Part shown: piece after piece, positions 34,478 to 44,400 of the stretch
Layout of the letters: every line of letters begins with the position of its first letter
How positions within the stretch are numbered: position 1 is the first letter of the stretch
From: Candidatus Aegiribacteria sp.
GTDB lineage: Bacteria; Fermentibacterota; Fermentibacteria; Fermentibacterales; JCC-6
Reading direction: 5' to 3'
NCBI GenBank assembly: GCA_046498225.1
Contig: JAWOBF010000040.1
Span: 1-51,209, forward strand
Length of the DNA: 51,209 nt
Translations under genes and position numbers: made by a program
Notes under the pieces: generated by a model
What the model saw: only the letters and a program-made list of their open reading frames with translations
Told to the model about the DNA's origin: nothing
The model's database searches: none

Positions 34478-35844
34478 TGTTCATCTCCCATCGCCGCGGG
34501 AAGATGGATAACGAAGGTCGCTCCCTTGCCGGGAGAGCTGGCTTTCAGCCGCAGGCTTCCCCGGTGATAGCGTTCAATTATACGCCGGCTCAGAGTCAGT
34601 CCCAGTCCCCAGCCTCCCCTTCGAGTGCTGAATCCGGCCCTGAACACTTTCTTCTGCTGAGAGAAGGGGATACCTCTTCCCGTGTCGGCAATCTCCACCT
34701 CCACCCGGCCGGAAGCTTCCGGCACGTCCCTGGTGCTTATTCTTATGGTTGTCTCACTGCCTCCCTTGACAGCCGAGATGGAGTTCTTCAGCAGGTTCTC
34801 TATGACCCAGCCGAATAGTATTCTGTTGATCTTCACCGGATATTCCGACTGCAGGTCGGTCTGAAGGTCGATATCGTCGGATAACAGACCCGGCCTGCCG
34901 CAGAAGTAGTGTATGGTATCGAGGATGGCGGGATTTACCAGGGTCTTCTCAAACTTGGGCTTCTTGCCCATCTGACCGTACCGGCTGGCGATATGCAGCA
35001 GTCTCTCCACGTCATCTTCCATGCAATCCAGGGCTTCGGCCAGCTCAGCGTCGGTCTCCTCTTCGGGCTTCTCCCTCAATATCTCTATCCAGCCCATAAG
35101 GGAAGAGAGGGGTGTGCTTATCTGGTGCGCCGTCTCCTTGGCGAAACCGACCCAGGAAAGCTCCTTCTCCCTCTTCATCTCACTGCGTACCACGAACAGG
35201 AAAAGCAGGAGAATGACAACGATTATGCCCATCTCTATGTAGGGAACCGCCATAAGCTGCCTCTCCAGCTCGTCGGACCCGTAATGGAGGTATCCCACGG
35301 AATCCCCGGCGGTGTCCGTGATGGGAATAGGATCGTTCTCCGAGTCCAGTTTTCTTATCAGGACGTAGAGCTGGCCGAGACTGTCTGAACTGATGGAATC
35401 ATCAACGACCACGCCGTTCACTATCTGAGGCATCATGTCGCTGTCGGTGAGGACGGTGGTGTAGTCCAGCCGCTCCACCAGTTCCCTGAAAAGCCGCCTT
35501 ATGCCGCTCAGGAGCTGTTCTCTCTCCTCGAACCCCCCCACCGATACGAAGAACCATTTTGTGATCCTGCCGCATTCCTTGCAGAAACCGGTGACGGGGG
35601 TATCATCGCTGAAGCTGTACGCCGGGTAGGTGGCCCCGCACTCACTGCAGACATGCATCATTCCCATGTCCGCCAGGGTGCTCAGGGGAACCTGAGAACC
35701 GGCCCAGAACCATGCTATGGTCTCGTTGGACCTGGTCCTGGCCTCTCTCAGGCGGTTCACCAGGTCGAAACTGTAGTAGAAAAAGACCCACACCAGTACG
35801 ATGACGCCGAACAGGGGCAGAAGTCTCGTCCGCAGGTTCCACAT
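34474..35844 (-). CDS. Membrane sensor histidine kinase with Cys4 motif in the sensor loop
   Basis: Two TMs, AKETAHQISTPLSSL H-box, ENLLKNS, DTGRGI, GFSTRRGGWGLGL; CSEC and CKEC between the TMs. Confidence 0.92.
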   Translation of the reverse strand: MWNLRTRLLPLFGVIVLVWVFFYYSFDLVNRLREARTRSNETIAWFWAGSQVPLSTLADMGMMHVCSECGATYPAYSFSDDTPVTGFCKECGRITKWFFVSVGGFEEREQLLSGIRRLFRELVERLDYTTVLTDSDMMPQIVNGVVVDDSISSDSLGQLYVLIRKLDSENDPIPITDTAGDSVGYLHYGSDELERQLMAVPYIEMGIIVVILLLFLFVVRSEMKREKELSWVGFAKETAHQISTPLSSLMGWIEILREKPEEETDAELAEALDCMEDDVERLLHIASRYGQMGKKPKFEKTLVNPAILDTIHYFCGRPGLLSDDIDLQTDLQSEYPVKINRILFGWVIENLLKNSISAVKGGSETTIRISTRDVPEASGRVEVEIADTGRGIPFSQQKKVFRAGFSTRRGGWGLGLTLSRRIIERYHRGSLRLKASSPGKGATFVIHLPAAMGDEQ

Positions 35845-35845
35845 A

Positions 35846-37027
35846 TCATCCGCTTTCCAGGCGCGGAACCACGAAACCGGCGCGGGGGATGAACAGCGTC
35901 TGCCCGGTCCAATGATCCCGTATCCATTCCGTCAGGTCTTCCACGGGCTGGATGCCCATTCGCGATACGAGTTCATCCGGCAGATGGCTGGCGAGAGCGA
36001 TGGTCATCCTCTTCCTCATCTCCTTAAGCCTGACTATGGCGTGGTCTCCTATCCTGTACCCGTCCCTGCGGGGTGCAGTCCACCTCTCGTCCATGGATGA
36101 AATGAAGGCCTGCTCCATGTGGTCGGCTCCCAGTCCTTCAGGACATGGGCTCACCAGCAGGATGATACCGCCGTCCTCCACGATATGACTGCAGTTGTAG
36201 AGAGCTTTCTCCGACTGGTAGAGGCTTACGTGAAGGGGGGCTCCAGGATGAAGAACCAACAGGCGGCATCTACGCCGGACGGGGAGTTCCGAAAGCCTGA
36301 CGGACTCAGCCGCGGCCCTTTCGAATGAATCCCTGCAGGATCCGGCGAAAAAGTCCACCAGGCGACCATGGTGCATCACTCCGTTGCCCTGGATGATCTC
36401 CACCCGTTCCTCCAGCATAGACAGTGCCTCGTCCATATCCTCATGCACGGGATTGCCCTCCAGCTCCCCCGGCCGTGAACCGGGAAGACAGGCGAGGTAG
36501 TGGTTAGCGACTACTGTCTCTCTGGCGGAGACTCCGGGCAGGAATGACTTCCGGCCGCCGGTGAAACCTGCGAAGTAATGCGGCTCCACCGAATTGACCG
36601 ACAGCACCGGGTGTCCATCCAGCATCCAGGGATCGACCTTCACCTGTGTTCCCCGGTATGTTTCGCCGATGCATGCCATGTCACGGGAATCGCAGTCGTT
36701 GCTCTTCCATGGGGCTCCGGCGAAACAGCCGCCCAGAAGATGATCCCTCTCCCTCGAAGTGACCGGGCGGTGAGTTCCTGTGGCGAAAAGCACACGGACC
36801 TTTCCGTCAAGCACTTCCCTGAGGGGTTCCAGCATGGGATATGACGGGGGCCTGGTAGCGTCGTTCACCACCAGCGTGACGACCCCTGCCCGTGCGAACC
36901 TCTCCAGGTCCGACATCACCCCGCTCCAGGCCTTCTCCATGTCGGTCCCGGACAGGGGCCGGGGCCGGAGACCGGTTTCGACCTCCACGTCCCTGAGAGA
37001 TGGCGGAATTAGGATGTCCCCCTCCAT
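35846..37027 (-). CDS. LarA (nickel-pincer lactate racemase) family protein
   Basis: DATRP, ATGTHRP, PHYFAGFTGGRKSFLPGV, GNPVHEDM, CPEGLG. Confidence 0.85.
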   Translation of the reverse strand: MEGDILIPPSLRDVEVETGLRPRPLSGTDMEKAWSGVMSDLERFARAGVVTLVVNDATRPPSYPMLEPLREVLDGKVRVLFATGTHRPVTSRERDHLLGGCFAGAPWKSNDCDSRDMACIGETYRGTQVKVDPWMLDGHPVLSVNSVEPHYFAGFTGGRKSFLPGVSARETVVANHYLACLPGSRPGELEGNPVHEDMDEALSMLEERVEIIQGNGVMHHGRLVDFFAGSCRDSFERAAAESVRLSELPVRRRCRLLVLHPGAPLHVSLYQSEKALYNCSHIVEDGGIILLVSPCPEGLGADHMEQAFISSMDERWTAPRRDGYRIGDHAIVRLKEMRKRMTIALASHLPDELVSRMGIQPVEDLTEWIRDHWTGQTLFIPRAGFVVPRLESG

Positions 37028-37032
37028 GTCCT

Positions 37033-37488
37033 TCAGATCCTGATCCCGTCCCAGACGATCTCGGTGCTCTCTATGTCCTGCACACCGGTGAACGAATCGA
37101 AATCATCATCGAAGACGAAAGTGCCCTCTCCCGACAGGGAACCCTCGCTGTAGGTGAATTCCAGGGTAGTGCCGCTGAGATTCCCCTGAATGGTACCAAG
37201 CGGATACTCTCCCTCCACCTCGCCGGACTCCGTCACCCTGATCTCCATTTCTCCAAGTGTGGTACTCCAGGAACCCTCCGGGTTCGCCGACACTTCGGCA
37301 GCGGAGTCTTCCCCGGTCTCCGGGATCGGCTCTTCCGATGGAGCAGCGGTCTCCTCCGGAACGGCGGAGGTTTCCTCTGCAGTATCCTCAGTTTCCGGTC
37401 TGTCCTGTTCGGGGGAACTATCCCCACCGCAGGAGAGACCCAGTAGAACTATCAGGAAGGCGGTCATGATTCCAGCCGGTTTACGCAT
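37033..37488 (-). CDS. Hypothetical lipoprotein with acidic linker and small beta domain
   Basis: LLGLSC lipobox, E/P/T-rich linker, then GSWSTTLGEM...VEGEY...G.F.F beta-rich domain. Confidence 0.75.
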   Translation of the reverse strand: MRKPAGIMTAFLIVLLGLSCGGDSSPEQDRPETEDTAEETSAVPEETAAPSEEPIPETGEDSAAEVSANPEGSWSTTLGEMEIRVTESGEVEGEYPLGTIQGNLSGTTLEFTYSEGSLSGEGTFVFDDDFDSFTGVQDIESTEIVWDGIRI

Positions 37489-37631
37489 AAGAACCCTTTC
37501 ATGAATATCTTCGAGTACTGCCAGTTGCGAACTGCGGTAACGCTCATGGCGCCCGGGCCGGTCCCGGACTATGGACACTCGGAACATAAAGCCATACAGT
37601 ATGGCTATCCAGCTACCGCAAGGAGGGTACC

Positions 37632-39539
37632 GTGTCCGGAAAGAATAGGCGAAACCTGCAACTTTTGTTCCTGCTGCTGACCATCATGCTTCTGATCATC
37701 GCTCCGACGGCATTCGGAAGGGCCGGGGGAGGCGGCAGCTATGGAGGCTCCGGCGGTGGAGGGGGAGGAGGCGGCGGAGACGGCGCCGGCTTCATCTTCT
37801 ACCTTCTCATAAGGCTGGCCATAGCCAAGCCCCTGATAGGCGTACCCCTAATCATTGTCGTGATAATCCTCGCGCTGAAGTTCGGAAAGAAGGCCAGGGG
37901 CGGCTACGAGACACACACCATCACCAGGGCCGGGAAACTGAGAAAACAGCAGGAGCAGGAGGAGATGCAGGAAGCTCTTGCTCTCTTGAAACAGCGGGAC
38001 CCCGGTTTCACCACAGGCAGGTTCATGCAGAAGGTCAACCGGGCCTTCATAGCCCTTCAGGAAGCGTGGTCCGACCAGGACCTCTCGTCTGTGAGACAGT
38101 TCATTTCAGACGGAATCGATGAGCGTTTCAGCCTTCAGATTGAGATGCAGAAGGCCGAGGGATACAGGAACAAAATGGAGAACATCACCGTCCTCAACTC
38201 CAGGGTCGTCGGCGTATACACAGACCGCCACTTCGACACCATACACGTGGAGATAAACGCCAGGGCGGACGATTCCGACGTGGACCTGAAGACCGGCAAA
38301 CGCATTCGGAAGAACTCCTCGGCCACCTTCACGGAATACTGGAGTTTCCTTCGAAAGCCCGGAGCGCAGACCCTGGAGGGCAAGAGCCTGGTGGAGGGTT
38401 TCTGTCCCAACTGCGGGGCACCCATTGAAATGAGCGATACCGGCCAGTGCCGGAACTGCGACTCCGTACTGACGAGCGGCGAGTACGACTGGGTACTGGC
38501 GGAGATAACCCAGTCCATGGAATGGAACGTTCTTTCGGACAAATCCCTGATACCGGGGTTCGAGAAAATGGTATCGGCGGACCCGGGGTTCAATCTTCAG
38601 CATATAGAGGACAGGACATCGGTGATATTCTGGCGCCTTATGAAGTCCTGGTTCACCGGCGATGTGTCGGAGGCGCGAAAGGTAGCGCTGCCCTCCTACC
38701 TCGAAGGTTTCGACAAACAGATCGAGAGCACCATGGCAGGCGATGAATGGCTCTTCTTCAAGGACGCCGCGGTGGGAGCGGTGGAGGTGCAGAGCATCGA
38801 CCAGGGGACGGCCAACCGGATGGACCGTATAGACGTCCTGGTGAAGTGGTCCGGAATCAACGCCAGAAGAAGAGAGGATGGAAGCGTCCGGGTCACCGGC
38901 CGGAAGATGATAAGACCGCAGGTCTACACTCTGGTCCGCAAGCATGGTGTACGGACCGGAACAGACCAGAGCTTCCGCTCTTCCCACTGTACCGGATGCG
39001 GGGCTCCCTACTCCGGAGGCAGTTCAGGGGCGTGCGATTACTGCGGGAGGCAGCTTAACGACGGAAGCCAGGACTGGGTGCTGGAATGCGTGCAGAGGTT
39101 CTCGGCCTCCAGAATAACTTCCCGGGCGGTGGACGGCATCGAACGAGCCGCCCTCGTCCCGCCGGAGCTGATACTCTCCGCCATGGTAAAGGCAATGCAC
39201 GCAGACGGGGAAGTGGACGAGAAGGAGATGAAGACCCTCTCTTCCTTCGCCGCGAAACGCGGCATCACCGATGAACAGCTGGACGAGATAATCGAGACCG
39301 TGAAGTCCGATACGGACACCCTGCCTGCCCCGGGCAACAAGCGGGAAGCCAGGGAGATACTGGCGGCGATGTCACGAATGGCGCTGGCCGACGGAAAACT
39401 CTCGGGAAGCGAGAAGAACCTCCTCCAGGCCTTCGGTGAATCCCAGGGAATGGTATGGGCCGACGTGAAACTCCTTATCTCCCAGCAGAAGGCGCTTCTC
39501 TACAGGGAGGCCAAACAGGCCATCAAGGATTCAAAGTAA
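37632..39539 (+). CDS. Membrane protein with tandem Tim44-like + zinc-ribbon modules and C-terminal TerB-like domain
   Basis: AGGAGG RBS; RAGGGGS Gly-rich leader; DPGF...EYWSF..CPNCGAP..C..C...DWVL repeated as DPGF...CTGCGAP..CDYC...DWVL; ADGEVDEKE / ADGKLSGSE TerB-like motifs. Confidence 0.82.
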   Translation: MSGKNRRNLQLLFLLLTIMLLIIAPTAFGRAGGGGSYGGSGGGGGGGGGDGAGFIFYLLIRLAIAKPLIGVPLIIVVIILALKFGKKARGGYETHTITRAGKLRKQQEQEEMQEALALLKQRDPGFTTGRFMQKVNRAFIALQEAWSDQDLSSVRQFISDGIDERFSLQIEMQKAEGYRNKMENITVLNSRVVGVYTDRHFDTIHVEINARADDSDVDLKTGKRIRKNSSATFTEYWSFLRKPGAQTLEGKSLVEGFCPNCGAPIEMSDTGQCRNCDSVLTSGEYDWVLAEITQSMEWNVLSDKSLIPGFEKMVSADPGFNLQHIEDRTSVIFWRLMKSWFTGDVSEARKVALPSYLEGFDKQIESTMAGDEWLFFKDAAVGAVEVQSIDQGTANRMDRIDVLVKWSGINARRREDGSVRVTGRKMIRPQVYTLVRKHGVRTGTDQSFRSSHCTGCGAPYSGGSSGACDYCGRQLNDGSQDWVLECVQRFSASRITSRAVDGIERAALVPPELILSAMVKAMHADGEVDEKEMKTLSSFAAKRGITDEQLDEIIETVKSDTDTLPAPGNKREAREILAAMSRMALADGKLSGSEKNLLQAFGESQGMVWADVKLLISQQKALLYREAKQAIKDSK

Positions 39540-39614
39540 CGTCATTATTGCACATTCGGTGGCCGGCACGAAAATGTAGCGTCTTGGATAAGCTGTCGGG
39601 TACTGGAACGGAGC

Positions 39615-41270
39615 TTACCATGTGGCTTCCGCGGGGGGGGCGGCCCGCATGTTGTCCCTCGGAAGGCTGTCTACCCGCATGAACCCCACAGGAACATCTC
39701 CCGTCATCTCGTAGACTATTGAGAACCCCGACCCGCTTCGGTATACCTCGGTCAGGAAAGAAGGCGGGTTCACCACCTGCCAGTCGCGGCCGTCGATGGT
39801 CCTGCGCCACCTTGAGGCCAGGTGAGGTCTCATGGATGGAAGAAAACCGTCCACTACCACATACCTTACGCCGTGCTCCTCGAGGCATGGCCAAAGAAGC
39901 ATCTCGAAGTCGTTGGGCATGGTAAGTGTGGGCCGGCGGTAATCCCATATCAGAAGTTCTACATTCGGATAGGTGACTACCCAGTCATCATCCTCCGAAT
40001 TCACCCGCAGCCATCTGGACACATCCTCAGCCTCGTGCGCCCTGGCGGCGGAGTTCCCGGATAGGAGCATTCCCATTGGATAGATGAATGGAAGGAGGAG
40101 CAGCGCAGCAGCAAGAGAGGCGGTCCTAACGTCGGTCAGGCGTTTCAGGGAAAGCAGCCCCGCGGAGCCCAGACCGGTGACAATGACGATGAAGAAGGCC
40201 AGATATCTTCCGCTGTGCTCGTGCAGGACCAGCAGAAGCATGGGAGGCAGCGCGGCCACCACCGGAAGGAGCATCTTCCTCCTGATATCCCGTTCACGAA
40301 GGGCCAGCAGCGCCAGAATGACGAAACCGAGCAGTGTGGGCTGGCCGAACACCTCCCCCCTGTGAAGGGAACCGGTGGTTGCCGGCTCGATCACCCTGAG
40401 TGCACCTTTTAACAGGTAAGCTGCCACGGCTCCGGGACCCTGAAATTCCAGCATGTCCGTGGGTTCAGGCGGATCATCCCTGACTTCCCAGGCCGACCAG
40501 TGGTTCTCGTTAATAAGGAACTGCCCCCCCTGGGTATAGGTGGGGGAGCCGAAAGCGTTCAGGTTCCTCGCGAACCAGGGCATGCAGGTAAGTACGAATA
40601 CGACCGCGAACAGAAGAGCCTTGAGCCATCTTCTAAGGCCTCCCCTGTACAGGACCCACAAGCCGATGGAGAATGCCAGGATACTGCCCTGTGTCCGCAC
40701 CAGGTACGAGAGACCCACCAGAAAACCCAGGAAGGCGGCCCTGCCGAAGGATATCGCTTCCCTTTCCGCAGCCATGAGAACGCTGAAAAAGACGGCGGTG
40801 AAGAGCAGGAGGCTGTCCGGCTGAACGGAGTACCAGACGAAAAGCGGCGTCAGCGTGAGCACCAGCAGTGTGAACATGGCGGGTATCCTGCCGAAAGTCC
40901 TCCTGGCCCAGAGCCAGCACATGAACAGACAGAATAGACCAGTCACAAGAACAAGAACCTGGGCCGCCGCAAAACCTGGGCCGGTTACAAGGAACAGGGC
41001 TGCTATGAGAATCGACATTGCCGGCTGGCGGTTGCCCTCCGGCCTGAGACCATCCATGGAACTGTCGTAGAGTGTCCATTTTCTCCATGTGGAAAAACCC
41101 CGGCCCTCGGTGAGATTCACCGCCACCTCCAGGTTGGAGGCTATTCCGTCCCCTGCCGGAAGAGGGTTACGGAACATCACCGGCAGCCGCACCAGCACCG
41201 CCAGCAGGAAAAGGAGCAATACCAGGGCAGGTTCTCTCTTTGCAAACAGTTCTGTATTCAGTTTGAGCAT
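39615..41270 (-). CDS. GT-C fold membrane glycosyltransferase (ArnT/PMT, GT39/83-like)
   Basis: Many TM helices, GD loop after TM1, R.P motif, PWFARN...FG, RYL. Confidence 0.75.
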   Translation of the reverse strand: MLKLNTELFAKREPALVLLLFLLAVLVRLPVMFRNPLPAGDGIASNLEVAVNLTEGRGFSTWRKWTLYDSSMDGLRPEGNRQPAMSILIAALFLVTGPGFAAAQVLVLVTGLFCLFMCWLWARRTFGRIPAMFTLLVLTLTPLFVWYSVQPDSLLLFTAVFFSVLMAAEREAISFGRAAFLGFLVGLSYLVRTQGSILAFSIGLWVLYRGGLRRWLKALLFAVVFVLTCMPWFARNLNAFGSPTYTQGGQFLINENHWSAWEVRDDPPEPTDMLEFQGPGAVAAYLLKGALRVIEPATTGSLHRGEVFGQPTLLGFVILALLALRERDIRRKMLLPVVAALPPMLLLVLHEHSGRYLAFFIVIVTGLGSAGLLSLKRLTDVRTASLAAALLLLPFIYPMGMLLSGNSAARAHEAEDVSRWLRVNSEDDDWVVTYPNVELLIWDYRRPTLTMPNDFEMLLWPCLEEHGVRYVVVDGFLPSMRPHLASRWRRTIDGRDWQVVNPPSFLTEVYRSGSGFSIVYEMTGDVPVGFMRVDSLPRDNMRAAPPAEATW

Positions 41271-41442
41271 GGTGGGATAATATCAGGAAAGCCACCGGCA
41301 GCCAACCGCCGGACAAGCCGGGAACAATGGCCGGAGAAAATCCGGCCTGCATCTGTTCTTTTGACCTGTGGAAGTGCACTCATGTATGATTGTATCTTTC
41401 GGAAGACCGCACTGTCACCACGGAACCGGGGAAGTAGACGGC

Positions 41443-44400
41443 ATGGAAAAATATCCGGGAGCGAATTTCATTCCACCGTTCATAGCCCGGCAGTACAGAA
41501 GAAGCCGCATGGAAGGTACGATCGAAGGTTCCGTGCTGATTTCCGACATCAGCGGGTTCACCGGCCTGACGGAATCCCTCTTCGCCCTTCAAAAGAGGGG
41601 GGCGGAGCAGCTGTCCGATATCCTCAACAGGCTGTTCTCCGGAATGATAGCGGCTGTTCACGAAAATGGAGGTTTCGTAGCCAACTTCGCAGGCGACGCT
41701 TTCACAGCGGTTTTCCCAGAAGACACGGGCACCAGGGCCCTGGCTGCCGCGCAGCGCATAAAGGGCTCGGTCGAAAGTGAGACCGGCGGCGGTTCGGACA
41801 GGCACATCACCGGAATAAGGTCGGGTATCGCCAGGGGCAGTATCCGATGGAACATCTACGGCTCCGGTCCCTTCACCTATCTGTTCAGCGGAGAAGCGGT
41901 CAGGGGCGCCGCACAGGCGGAAGCGTCGGCCGACACGAACGAGACAGCCACAGCCCCCGGCGTCAGGATAACGGAGAACCTTCCAGGAACACACCCCGAC
42001 CGTGATAATCAGGATAGATCCGGTTCTGTTACAGGGGACGTCGAGGAGAGGTTCGTCCATCCGGATTACATCGCCAAGACGAATTCTCCGGAGTTCAGGG
42101 ACGTGGCGGCGGTCTTCACCGGGTTCAGGAACATACCCGACGCCAATGAATTCGTGGATACGGTAATAAGGGCCGCCGATGAATACGGGGGTTATTTCAA
42201 CCTGCTGGACTGCGGTGACAAGGGCACCCTTGTGCTCACTCTCTTCGGCGCGCCGCTGACATCGGGCAAGAACCCGCTCAGGAGCGCGGGATTCGCCCTG
42301 GCGCTCAAGGATATCTACGGTGACAGGGTGAGGAGCGGTATTACATGGGGAAGGGTTTTCGCGGGTTTTATCGGCTCCCCCGGTCTTCGAGGCCATTACA
42401 CCGTCATAGGGGACAAGGTAAATACCGCCGCCGGACTCATGGAAAGCTGCCTTCCAGGAGATATACTGATATCCGAGGAGATGGAAAGAGAAGTCCGGGG
42501 CAGTTTCCAGCTGGAGCAGGCCCGGAAACTTTCTCTCAAGGGCAGTTCCAGTCGGATGTCCTGCTTCAGGATCGAGGGCAGGAGCGCTTTTTCAGGCGAG
42601 CTTCTCTTCGAAAGCAGTTTCGTAGGCCGCAGCGGTGAGCTGGATGCCGTAGTACAGCATGCTGGCGGCACACTGTCTGCCGGAACTACAGGCGGGCTGG
42701 TCGTTTCGGGAGATGCGGGCATCGGAAAGACAAGGTTTGCCCACCATGTCCAGTCACTACTGCCCGGCACCGTTCCGGTCTATCTGAAGTGCGACGAAAT
42801 ACTGGGCAAGAGCCTGAACCCTATCGAATCCTTCTTCGAGGTCACCTTCGGTACATCGGGGTCGGAAGACCGCTGGGAGTCCGAAAACGCTTTCGAGATG
42901 CATTTCAGCTCGGTTCTGGAGGGGAAAGCGTCAACGGGGGACCGGGATTACCATGCTGACAGCCTGAGAAGGCTGAAATACGTGATCAAGGGCTTCATGG
43001 GCATAGAAGAGAGCGGTGAGTACCTGCAGCTGGACGCAAGATCCAGGTTCGACAACACGGTACTTGCCTTCATGCATCTGGTCAGACTCCTTGCCGGCGA
43101 GGATCGGCCGTTCGTGGTGATCGATGATTTTCAGTGGATGGACCCCGACACCTTCACGGTCCTGAAGGACCTTTTCAGGCAGATGGACATCGACGGACCG
43201 ATGATCTGTATCCTGACCAGACCCTCGCCTGATATTCCCCCCTCCGAACTGATGCCTCAATCCGCCGAGACAATCACCGTCCACCTGACAGCGCTTCATC
43301 GGGAAGATCAGCGGGACCTGGTGGAGAGCTCTCTGCCCTGTCCCCCCTCGGAGACGCTGAGGAAAGTGATAGAGGATAAGGCTGAAGGCAACCCGTTCTA
43401 CATAGAGCAGATGATAATGTATCTTCTCGATAACCATCTGGTGGACTGCTCCGGAGGTATGGCTGAACTCAACACGCCCGGTCTGCAGCTGCCCGGAAGC
43501 ATCCTGGACATCATCATATCCAGGGTGGACGCCCTGCAGGCCGATATTCGTCAGACCGTAAGGAATGCCTCGGTCCTCGGCAGAAGGTTCAATATCAGAG
43601 TGCTGTCCAGGATGCTCAGGGAAATTCCCGTCAGAGATCACCTGAGAACGGGGACCGAGGCCAGGATATGGAACCGGCTTTCCGAGATACAGTACATATT
43701 CAGACACGCTCTCATCAGGGACGCAGTGTACGATATGCAGATGGAAAGACAGCTTTCAGGCCTGCATCTTCTGGCGGGCAACATCATCGAGGAGCTTTAC
43801 GGTGATGACGAAAGGATGTACTCGGACCTGTCCTACCATTTCGAGAAGAGCCTTCAGATGGAGCGAATGCTCAAGTACACCATTAAAGCTGCGGATTACG
43901 CCCTGGACAATTTCAGGAACCGCGAAGCCATGGAGATGTACGAGAAATATGTCGAACACCAGGGGGATCCCCGCCTGAAGAAACTAGCTCAGCTCAAGCT
44001 GGCGCAGGTCTTCAACCTGGTGGGCAACTGGAATGGCTCCCTGCCTCTTTACGATGAGATCATCCAGTTTGCGGAAGAGAATGATGACAGACGCATGCTC
44101 GCCGAAGCAAGCTCCCGGAAGGGCTTCCTCCTGCACAGGATGGGTAACAACGAGGAAGCTCTGCAGTGCTTTCAGGTGGCGAAACTGGAATACGGAAAGC
44201 TTGATGAAATACCCGGATTGGCCGGTGTCTACAATAACATCGGCACCGTACATACGGACCTCAACAGGCCGGAGGAGGCTATATCCTGTTTCGGGAAGGC
44301 CCTGGAGCTGCTCGAGGACAGGTCCGGGGAACGTGATTGCGCGGAAATAATGATGTTCACCTACAACAATCTGGGTCTCGTCAACCAGAAGATGAACTTC

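Noticed and set aside
37721..37790. GGA/GGC-rich low-complexity tract
   Set aside because: Encodes the Gly-rich linker of the Tim44-like protein; not an independent repeat.
41300..41347. GCCGG repeats and a GGCCGGA/TCCGGCC hairpin in the divergent intergenic region
   Set aside because: Short and GC-rich, expected by chance; no U tract and no second copy seen.
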